In this document: in pieces, positions 10,440 to 20,405 of the stretch | How the letters are laid out: every line of letters begins with the position of its first letter | Numbering within the stretch: the stretch's first letter is position 1 | NCBI GenBank assembly: GCA_027450205.1 | Contig: DAIDJL010000002.1 | Span: 7,870-71,869, forward strand | From: Candidatus Parcubacteria bacterium | Lineage (GTDB): Bacteria; Patescibacteriota; Minisyncoccia; UBA6257; 2-01-FULL-56-20 | Direction of reading: 5' to 3' | Length of the DNA: 64,000 nt | Translations under genes and position numbers: made by a program | Notes under the pieces: model-generated | What the model was told of the DNA's origin: nothing | Database searches by the model: none | Seen by the model: only the letters and a program-made list of their open reading frames with translations

Positions 10440-11372
10440 ATGAAATCGAAGGTCGCAGGATTCTTCGCGCTCCCCTTCTTGGCGATGGCCCTTTCGGCCT
10501 TTGCCAACGCCCAGGACGGCATCATCAACCAGCCTGCGGTCACGCCGCAGGAGTTCCAGGGAGCGAAAGCTCAACTGGAACAGCAGGCGCAACGGCTCGA
10601 CGGCGTACAACACGACATTGACCGCCTGAGGTCGGATGTTCGCGGCAATACCATTGCTGTGAAAAAACAGATGGAGGGAATGGTCACCACACAAACGCAA
10701 CAAGGCGCCGCCATCAAAAGCAACGCCACGGCGCTTCAGCGGCAGAGCGAGAGCACCGAAAAGGCCCAAAAAGGTCTTCAGGCGCAAATCACCGCGCTGG
10801 TCGTGCGGACCAAAGGCCAATCGATCGTACTGACTGCCGTCTGCATCAGCGGCCTGCTCATTGCCATCGGCGTGGTTTTCTTCGTCCGACGGACGATGAG
10901 CCGCCACGACAGACACGTTACCGAGGCGATGGAAGAGCAGCAGGAGAAAATAAATAAGGAACTGGAACAGACACGAAAGCTGGTGGAAGAGCAACGACAG
11001 CTCATGGAGATCGAATTTCCAAATCCATCGGTCGAAGTGATGGCATCGGTGTGCGCAAAATTGCGGGAAAAAAATCCAAAAAACAACACTGTTCTCATCA
11101 CGACCGTGCTCAACCCGTCGCCAAAGAACGGACTTCCGCATTCCATAACCATCAAAGGGATAAAGGCGGTCTTTCGTCCCGGCCCGCTCGAGGGCCAGAA
11201 ACCGGCGATGTACCTTCCCGGGTCAACCAACCCGATACCCGTAAGCGAGCTCAAAAAAAACGCTGAACGTTTCGCTTACGATCACGGACTGGTGGTTACT
11301 GATGAGCTGGCGACCGAGAAGGTCGTGTCCATGCTCAACAAAATAAACCAGCGGGCAGCAACCCAATCCTGA
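10440..11372 (+). CDS. Hypothetical secreted/membrane coiled-coil protein: signal peptide, Q-rich coiled coil, one central TM segment.
   Basis: RBS ggagtatgaggtg precedes the ATG. Signal peptide MKSKVAGFFALPFLAMALSAFANA; TM segment IVLTAVCISGLLIAIGVVFFV. Confidence 0.6.
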   Translation: MKSKVAGFFALPFLAMALSAFANAQDGIINQPAVTPQEFQGAKAQLEQQAQRLDGVQHDIDRLRSDVRGNTIAVKKQMEGMVTTQTQQGAAIKSNATALQRQSESTEKAQKGLQAQITALVVRTKGQSIVLTAVCISGLLIAIGVVFFVRRTMSRHDRHVTEAMEEQQEKINKELEQTRKLVEEQRQLMEIEFPNPSVEVMASVCAKLREKNPKNNTVLITTVLNPSPKNGLPHSITIKGIKAVFRPGPLEGQKPAMYLPGSTNPIPVSELKKNAERFAYDHGLVVTDELATEKVVSMLNKINQRAATQS

Positions 11373-11407
11373 CGATATCCGAATCTTCCCTGAAACAGAT
11401 CGACCCA

Positions 11408-11542
11408 ATGCGAACCGCGTCCTCATTCACCGAGGCAGGGCTGCGCAACGGCAAGATTGTTTTACGGAATGCGACAGGCATCCATTGAGAGAAACCGTTC
11501 ATGCAAACCGCGTCCTCATTCACCGAGGCAGGTCTGCGCAAT
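11408..11542. repeat. Two copies of a ~42-bp direct repeat (core aaccgcgtcctcattcaccgaggcagg) with a 93-bp period, in the leader of the 11611 gene.
   Basis: 11413-11448 against 11506-11541; the 27-nt core is identical, with about 3 mismatches over 42 nt. Confidence 0.6.
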
Positions 11543-11610
11543 GCGGCAAAAGGCTCAATGACATGTGCTGTTGTGGGATGTCCGGGCGATTGAACGGAAG
11601 AGAGGAAGCA

Positions 11611-12693
11611 ATGAAGCGATCTAGGCTCTTATCAACGCTCATCCTGCTTCTCGCGGGACATTGCTTCGCATCCGGAGCAACGTTCCAAGAAAAGCATGAG
11701 TGCCTCCCCTTCGGTTTGCGGGATTCAATCTGCAGACTGGCGTGGGGAGACACGGTATCGGAAGACGTCGCTGCCGTGTACGGCAGTTGGCGAGGCCACA
11801 AGGCCGAATTCGTCAAGGCGAACCCGACGCTTGCCAGCCACCTCGACAAGGTGCGGGCAGGACAGCCGGTTGTCTTTCCGAACGTAACCCTGAACTCTCG
11901 CACCGCCGCACCCGTCCCCGCGATCGCGGAGACGAATCCCGCACGGGAACCGCAGATCCAGCCGGAAGAAATTGCAACAACGACCATCCGGCTTTCCGGC
12001 ACTCCCGTTCCGGCACCGGGAGCGGCAGTGGTAGCGGAAACGGCACTTCCATCACCGCCCGCCTTGTTACCAACAAATGACAAGTCGGCAACGGAAAAAA
12101 CAAAACATCTTACCGGCTATCAAGTGGTGCTTCCCCATTCCCGTGTGTATCGGGTTGATGGAGCACCGTTGATTCCCATCGGATTGAATTTGCCGACGCA
12201 AATCGGCATCTTCAGCAATGCCGATGACCCCGCAAACGGCATCGAGCCGGCGCGGATCATCAATACCACCGCACGGGTGGTAGTAAGAAAGAATAAAGAG
12301 GCCGTGCTCACCGTTCTCCTCCCACAGAACCTTCCTACCCAGACCTACGTCGTCCGGGTGAGCGGAATCGGTGGGATCGGCGGGAAGGAATTCACCTCCC
12401 GCGCCGAGCCATTCTACGGACACCTTCCACACCAACATCACCTTTTCGGGACGCTCCTTACGGGCGGCTCGTTTGTCGGAAGCGGCTTCATGTTGTCCGG
12501 ACTGCTCGGAAATCCCGTAAACGGATTTGCCGCGGCGGCCGGATTATGGGGCACGCGGTGGACCATCCACCACGTCAGAATGGCAGTGCTAAGGCGAGCC
12601 GAAGCCAAATATCAAGCTCGCGTCAATAAAGACAGGAGACTGCTCTTAGCGGAGCAGCAAACAACACAAAAGGAGCAGAAAAATGCGGAGTAA
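11611..12693 (+). CDS. Hypothetical secreted protein with an N-terminal LysM-like segment, a Pro-rich region and a C-terminal hydrophobic segment.
   Basis: Start taken at MKRSRLLSTLILLLAGHCFASGA (signal peptide). LysM-like stretch WGDTVSEDVAAVYGS...VRAGQPVVFP. The ORF-track start at 11485 lies inside the repeat region. Confidence 0.5.
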   Translation: MKRSRLLSTLILLLAGHCFASGATFQEKHECLPFGLRDSICRLAWGDTVSEDVAAVYGSWRGHKAEFVKANPTLASHLDKVRAGQPVVFPNVTLNSRTAAPVPAIAETNPAREPQIQPEEIATTTIRLSGTPVPAPGAAVVAETALPSPPALLPTNDKSATEKTKHLTGYQVVLPHSRVYRVDGAPLIPIGLNLPTQIGIFSNADDPANGIEPARIINTTARVVVRKNKEAVLTVLLPQNLPTQTYVVRVSGIGGIGGKEFTSRAEPFYGHLPHQHHLFGTLLTGGSFVGSGFMLSGLLGNPVNGFAAAAGLWGTRWTIHHVRMAVLRRAEAKYQARVNKDRRLLLAEQQTTQKEQKNAE

Positions 12694-13636
12694 AAAAGTC
12701 CTCACCATTGTTCTCGTCTTCATGCTTGCGCCACTATTCGCAGCAGCGCAGGCATCACCAAAGGATTGTACAAAGACCATTACGGTTCCGTGCGCGCCGG
12801 CAGTTCGCCACGCACACCATCGCCGAGTGCCCCAGCCTGCTGCTGTCGCACCAAAGCAGGAAGTTCAGGTAACGGTCGTACCCGTTCCCGTGCCGGCATC
12901 GCCAGTACGCGACGAGTATATGGATCACATCCTTGGCCAGATCGCCTACACGAACGCCATCTCGGTCGCGAACAATACCGAGGCGGCGAAGGCCAACGCG
13001 TTGGCATACCAACTGGATGCGCAAACCGCACAAGCGGAGGTTGCGATCGATCAGCAGGCCCAGGACACGAACCAGTTTCGCGCCCAGATCGAGCGTGACC
13101 TTGCCAATGCGAACATCGATCTCATCGGCACCCAGCGTTCGGTCATGAAGTGGGGCGTAGCGGAAGGTTTCTTCCACGATGCAACCATGATGGCCGGCAT
13201 GATCTGGCAGCCGGGTGAGAACTTTGCGATCCAAAACGGGAGCGCGAGCACCGCGGCTCCCACCACGAACATCACCGGCCCGACCGTCACCTCCACTTCG
13301 GGGGTGAGCGGATCAGGCAATTCGGCGAACTCCATCTCCACCTCCGTAAGCACCAAGGCAAACGGAGGCAGCGTTGTCGGATCGGGCAACAGCAAGGCGA
13401 CGGCGAACCCGGTTTCGATCGCCGGCTCAAAATCAACCGCCAACCCGATCATCAGCAGCTCGTCCGGAGCGAGTGCTTCGGCCGGCGCATCGGCCCGCCA
13501 AAACCAGGACCAGGGACAAAGCCAAAGCCAGTCCCAGGGCCAGCAGCAAACCGCCAACCCCAGCCAATCGCAATCGCAAACGGGCGCGCCGCCGGTCAGC
13601 GGCAATCCCAAGCAATGCAAGAAGCCCGGGCAGTAG
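12683..13636 (+). CDS. Hypothetical secreted protein: coiled coil, Ser/Gly low-complexity region and a (QS)n/Q-rich tail.
   Basis: Signal peptide MRSKKVLTIVLVFMLAPLFAAAQA; QSQSQSQGQQQ tract. Confidence 0.5.
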   Translation: MRSKKVLTIVLVFMLAPLFAAAQASPKDCTKTITVPCAPAVRHAHHRRVPQPAAVAPKQEVQVTVVPVPVPASPVRDEYMDHILGQIAYTNAISVANNTEAAKANALAYQLDAQTAQAEVAIDQQAQDTNQFRAQIERDLANANIDLIGTQRSVMKWGVAEGFFHDATMMAGMIWQPGENFAIQNGSASTAAPTTNITGPTVTSTSGVSGSGNSANSISTSVSTKANGGSVVGSGNSKATANPVSIAGSKSTANPIISSSSGASASAGASARQNQDQGQSQSQSQGQQQTANPSQSQSQTGAPPVSGNPKQCKKPGQ

Positions 13637-13665
13637 CACCTTTCAGCAGATCTTTCCGAACAACC

Positions 13666-13706
13666 GAGGCTCAATCCGCCAACCAGCGATTGAGCCTCAT
13701 TTTTTT
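13666..13706 (+). terminator. Intrinsic terminator (gaggctcaatc...gattgagcctc followed by a T7 run).
   Basis: 11-bp perfect stem and a U-tract directly after the 12683 gene. Confidence 0.55.
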
Positions 13707-15588
13707 ATTTTATATCGCTCTCATCCGCCGTCTTCAGGGCAAAACTGAAAGTGCTTCCCTTCCCCTCTTCCGACACGACGCCGATCGTACCGCTCATCTT
13801 CTCTATCATTTCCTTCACAATGAACAAGCCGAGGCCGGTGCCGGTGATATTCTTCGTTTTATCGGTCTGGACGCGGTAGAACTTTTCAAATAATTTTTGC
13901 TGCGCCTCGGCGGACATGCCGATGCCGGTGTCCGCGATATGAGTGATGAGCGTCGGCACGCCCTTTCCATCAGCGCCAAGTTCGTGCGTAATCGTGATCG
14001 TTCCCGCACCACCCATGTATTTGATGGCATTGCCCACAAGATTCACCATCACTTCTTTTACACGGTCGGCATCGGCAAGGATCCGTGGAAGCGTTGCGCC
14101 GCCCGGCAACTGCGGATCATACGACATGGCGATGCCCTTTTCTTCCGCAAGCGACCTCAATTCATCGAGTGTGGAGGTGATCGTCGGCGCGATATCCGTC
14201 GGCGCCACTTTGATGGTGAGCCGTCCCGCCTGCGAGCGGGCCACCTCAAGCAGATCATTCACCAGCTGGATGAGCCGCTGGTTCGACGCGATCACTTTCT
14301 CTATAAACGTACGCGTGGCATCCGGGATCTGTCCCGTCGTGCCGTCCAGTATCAGTTGCAGATATCCCTTCATCGCGGCGACGGGCGTACGCAGTTCGTG
14401 CGCGGCGATAAAGACAAATTCGTCCTTCAATTGTTCAAGCTGCTTCAGGCCCATCACCATATCGTTGAATGAATCACCAAGCTCTTCCAGTTCGTCACCG
14501 GTCGTGATATTCACGCCCTCGGTGAACTTTCCCTGTGCGACGCGTTCGGTGCCCTCTTCCAACATGTCGATCGGGCGCACGATGATAAGCGCGAGTACGA
14601 ATGAAAGCAGTACGACGAGCCCGAACACGACGAGCAGCATGACCGCATCGCGCAGGAGCAGGGCGTTGATCACCGCATCGGCCTCGGACGTCGGCCACTC
14701 CGCAACGAGACCCCAATATTGTCCGCCCGCCGGAACCGCCTTGCCGGCCGCGACGACCGGTACGCCGAACATATTCTTATACCGCGCCTGATCGGCGGCA
14801 CTCGTCGCGTCGGTTCCGCCGATCACTTTTTGCACGATCGGCAAGTTCGCCGCGGCAGCGCTGCCGATGACCGTGTTGCCGAAATTCCCGCCGCCCGCCA
14901 GACTCCCGCCGCCGGTCATGATCGCACCGTTCTGGTCAACCAGATACACATAGCCCGTATTGCCGATCGTGGCGGACGCGACGATCTTTTGCAGATCGCC
15001 GAGCGTGGCGGTGCCGACGATGGCGCCGATCACCTGACCCCGCTCATCCGTGACGGGTGAAGCGAAATCGATCGTTGGAACGAGCGGCGCTCCGGAATAC
15101 GTGACCGGCCCAAGGTAGTTACTCCCCTGTTTTGCCGCAAGAAATCCGGGCGAGGTGCTCACATCGGCGAGCGATGATGATGCGACACCCGCAAGGTGCG
15201 CGCGATCCGCGGCGGCGGTTTCCTGCCCCGCCAAATTTACGTATGCCTCCGACTGCAGATATGGCACCGCCGCGAGCGTCTGACCCAGCACGTACTGCTG
15301 GGCGGGAACGGACGACGTCGCGAAAATATTCCCGCCATACGGGATCTCCACGGTCGCATGGGCGAGAACATCGTTCATCATGAACGATTGCACCTGATTT
15401 GCGGTCTGCGTAAGCACCGCCGCCTCCACCTTTGCCACATCATCGCGATGCGAGCTTATAACGACGTAATACGTAAGTGCCGCCGCCGCAACGAGCGGCA
15501 CGATGCCGATGAGCGCCATGAAAAGGAATATCTTATTGCGCAGCTTGCCTTTAAACTTTGCATTCGTTGGCATTGCCATTACATTCAT
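13705..15588 (-). CDS. Sensor histidine kinase (TM, extracytoplasmic sensor, HAMP, HisKA, HATPase_c). No adjacent response regulator.
   Basis: H-box FIAAHELRTPVAAMKGY; G-box GTGLGLFIVKEMIEKMSGTI. Confidence 0.8.
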   Translation of the reverse strand: MNVMAMPTNAKFKGKLRNKIFLFMALIGIVPLVAAAALTYYVVISSHRDDVAKVEAAVLTQTANQVQSFMMNDVLAHATVEIPYGGNIFATSSVPAQQYVLGQTLAAVPYLQSEAYVNLAGQETAAADRAHLAGVASSSLADVSTSPGFLAAKQGSNYLGPVTYSGAPLVPTIDFASPVTDERGQVIGAIVGTATLGDLQKIVASATIGNTGYVYLVDQNGAIMTGGGSLAGGGNFGNTVIGSAAAANLPIVQKVIGGTDATSAADQARYKNMFGVPVVAAGKAVPAGGQYWGLVAEWPTSEADAVINALLLRDAVMLLVVFGLVVLLSFVLALIIVRPIDMLEEGTERVAQGKFTEGVNITTGDELEELGDSFNDMVMGLKQLEQLKDEFVFIAAHELRTPVAAMKGYLQLILDGTTGQIPDATRTFIEKVIASNQRLIQLVNDLLEVARSQAGRLTIKVAPTDIAPTITSTLDELRSLAEEKGIAMSYDPQLPGGATLPRILADADRVKEVMVNLVGNAIKYMGGAGTITITHELGADGKGVPTLITHIADTGIGMSAEAQQKLFEKFYRVQTDKTKNITGTGLGLFIVKEMIEKMSGTIGVVSEEGKGSTFSFALKTADESDIK

Positions 15589-15661
15589 TGTAATACACTT
15601 TGCAAAACACGGCGCCGTCGTGTATCGTTTTTAGGTTCGCCGCCGGCGATCGCCGGCGCAC

Positions 15662-15732
15662 GCGGGATTAGTATAGTGGTAGTACGCGACCTTCCCAAGG
15701 TTGAGGCGCCAGTCCGATTCTGGTATCCCGCT
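15662..15732 (+). tRNA. tRNA-Gly(CCC), 71 nt, no encoded CCA.
   Basis: Hand-folded. Acceptor gcgggat/atcccgc; D-arm GTAT-AGTGGTA-GTAC; anticodon stem CGACC/GGTTG with loop TTCCCAA; T-arm GCCAG-TCCGATT-CTGGT. Confidence 0.7.
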
Positions 15733-15785
15733 CAACAGCCATCGCAGCGCGGGCACGATGCTAAAAACACGGCAGGGCCGGGGCT

Positions 15786-16073
15786 CTAGTCAGTGGACGT
15801 CGTGTTCGGTCCCGCAGGCACGATGATGATCATCTGCTCACCCGGCTTCTTATAGTTGAAGCGTGCGCGGAGCTCCTTTTCTAAATTGGCCGGATTGGAA
15901 AGGTATTGTGCCTCATCCTGCAGCGACACTTCTTGAGCCTGAGCCTTCGCAAGGTTCGCTTGCACATCCGCCAGCTGGCTGCCCAATTGCCACTCCTGGC
16001 GCACGAACGAGAACGCCTGCGCCCCGATGACGATAAGGAAGAGTGAAAGCACGACGATGGCGGCGATCTTCAT
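15786..16073 (-). CDS. FtsB/DivIC-like septum formation initiator (TM plus coiled coil).
   Basis: TM segment, coiled coil and C-terminal ELRARFNYKKPGEQ. Confidence 0.55.
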   Translation of the reverse strand: MKIAAIVVLSLFLIVIGAQAFSFVRQEWQLGSQLADVQANLAKAQAQEVSLQDEAQYLSNPANLEKELRARFNYKKPGEQMIIIVPAGPNTTSTD

Positions 16074-16124
16074 GATTGTAATATATATAAGTATGAAATA
16101 TTGTCGGGCAGATGATATGCTCTT

Positions 16125-16811
16125 CTATAAAACACAGCTTCCGCCGCCATAATACAATTCTATCGAACCGCTTGCGTTCACGATCACGCTTGAAGCGGCG
16201 GCGTAGTCCGTCCCTACGAAATTCGTTGACGTCGTTTGCCCCGATCCGCCGATCCAGCTGGTTTGGGCGAATACATTATCGGCGTTCCGCGTAATATAAG
16301 AATAAAAATCCATCGGCTGGGTGCTGGAGGCGCCGGTTCCCGCCACCACCACCGTAACCAGCTTCGTGGACGGGTCGTAATAATTCCCGGAAGCGGTAGA
16401 AGTTGCATTGCCGTTGGCATCGCGGTAGACGTCGGAGAGATAGAAGTAACGGTCATAGGTGAAGCAGGCTTGCTGCGTAGAAGAGCCTGCCCCGCCGCAC
16501 GTCGAAACCGCTTCGCCGGTGGTACTTGTGCCCACCGCCACAAAGGGTGACGTCGCAGTGTCCAAATAATATCGGTTCGCCGTGCCGGTTGCGAGTGCAA
16601 GCACGCCATTCCAGCTCCCCTGCGCCCATGCCTGCACGTTATTCGACAGTTCCTGGCCAAGCTGCGCCTGTTCCTGAATATTGCCCGCCTGCGAATTTAT
16701 CCTTAATGCCGGCACGATGACCGTCGCCGCGCCGATCACAAAAACCGCGCCGACGGCAATGCCAAGCAGGAGTTCCATGAGGGATTGGCCGGTGCGGATA
16801 TGATGATGCAT
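16125..16811 (-). CDS. Pseudopilin / minor pilin-like protein with a degenerate prepilin N-terminus.
   Basis: G-QSLME-LLLGIAV, with Glu at +5 and a hydrophobic helix. Confidence 0.5.
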   Translation of the reverse strand: MHHHIRTGQSLMELLLGIAVGAVFVIGAATVIVPALRINSQAGNIQEQAQLGQELSNNVQAWAQGSWNGVLALATGTANRYYLDTATSPFVAVGTSTTGEAVSTCGGAGSSTQQACFTYDRYFYLSDVYRDANGNATSTASGNYYDPSTKLVTVVVAGTGASSTQPMDFYSYITRNADNVFAQTSWIGGSGQTTSTNFVGTDYAAASSVIVNASGSIELYYGGGSCVL

Positions 16812-16889
16812 TACATAAAGTATAGCAGATGGATCAAGGCGCCGCGGGCAGAGCGATAAAAGATTTTGCGCGCAGGACGGATGATACCG

Positions 16890-17351
16890 CTAATAGCTCA
16901 CCGCGCCGGTGGAAGCGACGTAAATAGTGGAGGAAAACGCGCTGTTCTCGTTCGGCATATAAAGGCCGATACTCGTAGACACGGCAGCGCCGGAGATCTG
17001 CGAAAATGTCACATCAAGCGTGGCGCCCGGCGCAAGCATGGATGTCTGGTATGCCACCGTAGGCGGCAGACTATATTGGCTGACGGTACCCGTCGCATAG
17101 CTCCCTTTGAAAAGCGCATAGAACGGCGCAGGCGAGGTGGTGTTCGCAAAATGTACGCCCCAGGACAATCCGTCTTCCTGCGCCATGGAATCGCTCTGCG
17201 CCTGCCGCAATGTTGTGGCGATCTGCTGCGCTGCCGTCGTAAGATCGATGTCCGCGCGCCGTTGGGAAATATTCAAGATCGCCACCACCCCGACAATGAC
17301 GGAAATCGCGATGACGATCAAAAGTTCGACAAGCGTGAATCCTCTCTTCAT
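16890..17351 (-). CDS. Type IV pilin / pseudopilin
   Basis: MKRG-FTLVELLIVIAI class III signal. Confidence 0.7.
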   Translation of the reverse strand: MKRGFTLVELLIVIAISVIVGVVAILNISQRRADIDLTTAAQQIATTLRQAQSDSMAQEDGLSWGVHFANTTSPAPFYALFKGSYATGTVSQYSLPPTVAYQTSMLAPGATLDVTFSQISGAAVSTSIGLYMPNENSAFSSTIYVASTGAVSY

Positions 17352-18559
17352 TAAAATTGCGTGGTCAATTGGTAGATCGGAACGATGATGGAAAGCGCGA
17401 TGATGCCGACCATGCCGCCCATGACGAGCAGCATCGCCGGCTCAAGGAGCGAAACGAGCGCCTTGATGTTCTCCGTGATGTTCGCATCATAAAAATCCGC
17501 GAGGGTCGCGAGCACTTCATCAAGATGGCCCGCCTTCTCCGAAATCGCGACCAGGCTCGATACCATGTGCGGGAACACGGTTTCGCGGCGGAATGCCTCG
17601 CCGATCGTCATGCCTTTTGCCAGCCCGTCATTCGCAATATGAAGGAGTGCGGTGCGATAATCGTCGACGCCGACGGTGTCGGCGGCGATCGTCACCGTCT
17701 GCGTGATCGGCAGCCCGGCGCGCATGAGCGAGCTCATCGTCGACGCCATGCGCTGCACCGCGAGATCGCGGTAGATGGAACGGATAAAAGGAAGGTTCGC
17801 GAGTGTGCGGCCGAACGCCCGCCTGCCGATGTCGGTCTTTTTGACGAACCACACGGTTCCAGCAATGAGGATGAGCAGGATGAAAATAATGGTAAAAATA
17901 TTCGAACCGATAAAGAGGCCGACCGTGAACACGATCTCGGAGAACCACGGCGGATTGATGCCGCTCTGATGGAATACGCCGGCCACCTTGGGAAGCGCGA
18001 ATGTCACGAGAAAGATCAAAATTCCGCTCGCGACGCACAACAGTACGATCGGGTAGATGAATGCGGAGCGGACCTTGCTGCGAAGCGCGGCCTCTTTTTC
18101 CAGCGTGACGCTCAGCTCGTTGAATGTCTTCTCCAATCCTCCGGACTCCTCCGCCGCACGCACGAGGTTGATGAACGTCGGAGAAAAATCGCGCGGGTGG
18201 CGGGCGAACGATTCGTAGAACGGATTGCCCTTGCTCAGGTCGTCGCGCACTTCAATGAGAAGATTGTTCACTGCAGGCTTGTCAAAATCCTCGATGAGGA
18301 TATTGATCGCGGAGAGCAGGTCGGTACCCACGCGGAGCATGAGTGCCAAATATTTAGTAAGGAAGACCTTGTCCTGCGTATTGATGCCGCCGAAAAACCT
18401 GCGCATCACGCCGATATCCTTTTTTTTGACCGGCTTTACCGACACCGGGCTCAGTTGTTTGGCGCCAAGCGAGCGAAGGACGTCATTCAAGGCATCCGCT
18501 TCCATATCCCCCTCCGTCATCTTCCCCCCCGCGTCCGCAGCAACGTAATGGAATAGCAT
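17351..18559 (-). CDS. pilC: Type IV pilus / T2SS platform protein PilC/GspF
   Basis: Two GspF domains with the expected TM topology. Confidence 0.85.
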   Translation of the reverse strand: MLFHYVAADAGGKMTEGDMEADALNDVLRSLGAKQLSPVSVKPVKKKDIGVMRRFFGGINTQDKVFLTKYLALMLRVGTDLLSAINILIEDFDKPAVNNLLIEVRDDLSKGNPFYESFARHPRDFSPTFINLVRAAEESGGLEKTFNELSVTLEKEAALRSKVRSAFIYPIVLLCVASGILIFLVTFALPKVAGVFHQSGINPPWFSEIVFTVGLFIGSNIFTIIFILLILIAGTVWFVKKTDIGRRAFGRTLANLPFIRSIYRDLAVQRMASTMSSLMRAGLPITQTVTIAADTVGVDDYRTALLHIANDGLAKGMTIGEAFRRETVFPHMVSSLVAISEKAGHLDEVLATLADFYDANITENIKALVSLLEPAMLLVMGGMVGIIALSIIVPIYQLTTQF

Positions 18560-18586
18560 GTATAAATAATACCACAGCCCGCGCGC

Positions 18587-20302
18587 CTATTCGCGGATGA
18601 CGCGCAACACCTCTTCCAGCGTCGTCAGCGCCACCTCAACCTTCTGCAGCCCGTCCTCGAACATCGTCTTCATGCCCGCTTCGCGCGCATGGGCACGGAC
18701 AGCTGCCAGATCAAAATGCGGATTAATGATGAGCTCTTTCATTTTTTGATCCACCTCGAACGCCTCGTAGATGCCGAGCCGGCCGCGGTACCCTGTCATG
18801 CCGCACGCCGTGCACCCCTTTCCGCGGAAGAGCGTCTTTGGAATGCGCACCTTTCCTTTGTCCAGCCCGTTCTCTTTAAGCTGGGTCTCGAGCGTCGCAA
18901 TGACCGCCGGGTCGGCGTCGTACGAATACGTGCACACCTGGCAGATCTTCCGCACAAGGCGCTGCGCGAGCACAAGGTTCAGCACCGAGCTCACGAGGAA
19001 CGGCGGGATCTTCATATCGAAAAAGCGCGGGATCGCGGTCGGCGCATCGTTCGTGTGGAGCGAAGACAACAGTAAGTGGCCGGTGAGCGCCGCCTGCACG
19101 GCGATGTCCGCGGTCTCGTCATCGCGGATCTCGCCGACCATGATGATGTTCGGGTCCTGCCGCAGGAGCGCGCGGAGACCCGACGCAAAGGTAACGCCGG
19201 CCTGCGGATTCACCTGCGTCTGGTTGACATACTTCATATTGTATTCGATCGGATCCTCCACGGTCGTCACGTTGACCTCCGGGCGGTTGAGCATGTTCAT
19301 CAGCGCATAAAGCGTGGTCGTCTTACCGGAACCGGTCGGGCCGCATGAGATGACCATGCCATAGGATTTTTTAAGATTGTCACCCACGATCTTTGCCGTA
19401 TCGGGCAGCATGCCGAGCTCTTCGAGCGAAAGCGGCTTCTGGGACGACTCCAATAAACGCATTTCCACCTTTTCCCCATAGAACGTCGGTATCGTGGAAA
19501 CGCGGACGTCGATGTTTTGGACCCCCACCTGATACCGGAAGCGTCCGTCCTGAGGCGCAAAGTGTTCATCGATCTTCAACCCCGCCAACAGTTTGATGCG
19601 CGCAACGATGCCGGGATGCACCGCCTTCGTGATATCCATAATCTGGTACAAAATACCGTCGATGCGATAGCGGATGAACGTGGATTCCTCCAATATTTCA
19701 ATATGAATATCCGAAGCGCGCGAAGCGAGCGCGTAGGAAAGAATATTGTTCACGATGCCGACGATCGGCAGGTCCACCGCCGCCGCCGCCGCATTCTCCG
19801 ACCGGCTGGTGAGCGACGCGCGGACGTCATCCTCGATGATTTTTTTAAAATCCTGGCCAAGCTCATAGCCGTACACGGAAAATCCGCGGTTAAGGTCTTC
19901 CGGTGACGCGAGGAACGCTTTGATATTGGCGTTCAATCGCTGGGAAAGGAATTCCCGCGTTTCAAGGTCGGAAGGGTTGAGCATCGCGACGTCATACGTG
20001 CCGTCTTCTTCCCTGCCAAAGATCATCACCTGCCGCTGACGCGCGACGTCTTCCGTAAGAAGCTTCACTGCATTGTTATCTATCTTTTGCACGCTAAAAT
20101 CCGCGCGCGGCACGCCGAGCGCGTTCGCGATAAGATCGCTCAAATAATCGCGTTCCACGATCTTTTCGGATATCAAAATATCGATCACGCTCTGACTTTT
20201 GCGCTCGGCTTCCTGATAGAACTCGTCGTACCGTTCGGGAGCAATAAGATTTTGCCCCACCAGCAGCGCCTTCAATTGATCCGAAGCAATAGGAAGTCTC
20301 AT
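18587..20302 (-). CDS. pilB: Type IV pilus assembly ATPase PilB/GspE
   Basis: Walker A GPTGSGKTT, His box and a tetracysteine motif (CQVC...CTAC). Confidence 0.9.
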   Translation of the reverse strand: MRLPIASDQLKALLVGQNLIAPERYDEFYQEAERKSQSVIDILISEKIVERDYLSDLIANALGVPRADFSVQKIDNNAVKLLTEDVARQRQVMIFGREEDGTYDVAMLNPSDLETREFLSQRLNANIKAFLASPEDLNRGFSVYGYELGQDFKKIIEDDVRASLTSRSENAAAAAVDLPIVGIVNNILSYALASRASDIHIEILEESTFIRYRIDGILYQIMDITKAVHPGIVARIKLLAGLKIDEHFAPQDGRFRYQVGVQNIDVRVSTIPTFYGEKVEMRLLESSQKPLSLEELGMLPDTAKIVGDNLKKSYGMVISCGPTGSGKTTTLYALMNMLNRPEVNVTTVEDPIEYNMKYVNQTQVNPQAGVTFASGLRALLRQDPNIIMVGEIRDDETADIAVQAALTGHLLLSSLHTNDAPTAIPRFFDMKIPPFLVSSVLNLVLAQRLVRKICQVCTYSYDADPAVIATLETQLKENGLDKGKVRIPKTLFRGKGCTACGMTGYRGRLGIYEAFEVDQKMKELIINPHFDLAAVRAHAREAGMKTMFEDGLQKVEVALTTLEEVLRVIRE

Positions 20303-20351
20303 AATGGTCGTTATGCCTTATAGGTAATGATAGCAGAGCGATGGCCAAAAT

Positions 20352-20381
20352 AAAAAGCGCCGGCAAAATCCGGCGCTTTTT
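20352..20381. terminator. Bidirectional hairpin terminator (aaaaagcgccgg...ccggcgcttttt) downstream of the major pilin gene.
   Basis: Perfect stem flanked by an A-run and a T-run. Confidence 0.55.
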
Positions 20382-20405
20382 ATGGACAGAACGCGACCGC
20401 TCTTT

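Noticed and set aside
11485-11610. Upstream extension of the 11611 gene given in the ORF track (MRETVHANRV...)
   Set aside because: The extension runs through the direct-repeat leader. The signal peptide begins at MKRSRLL with a better context, so the start was moved.
17357-18556. 399-aa plus-strand ORF antisense to pilC
   Set aside because: Arg/His-rich low-complexity translation; pilC on the opposite strand is clearly genuine.
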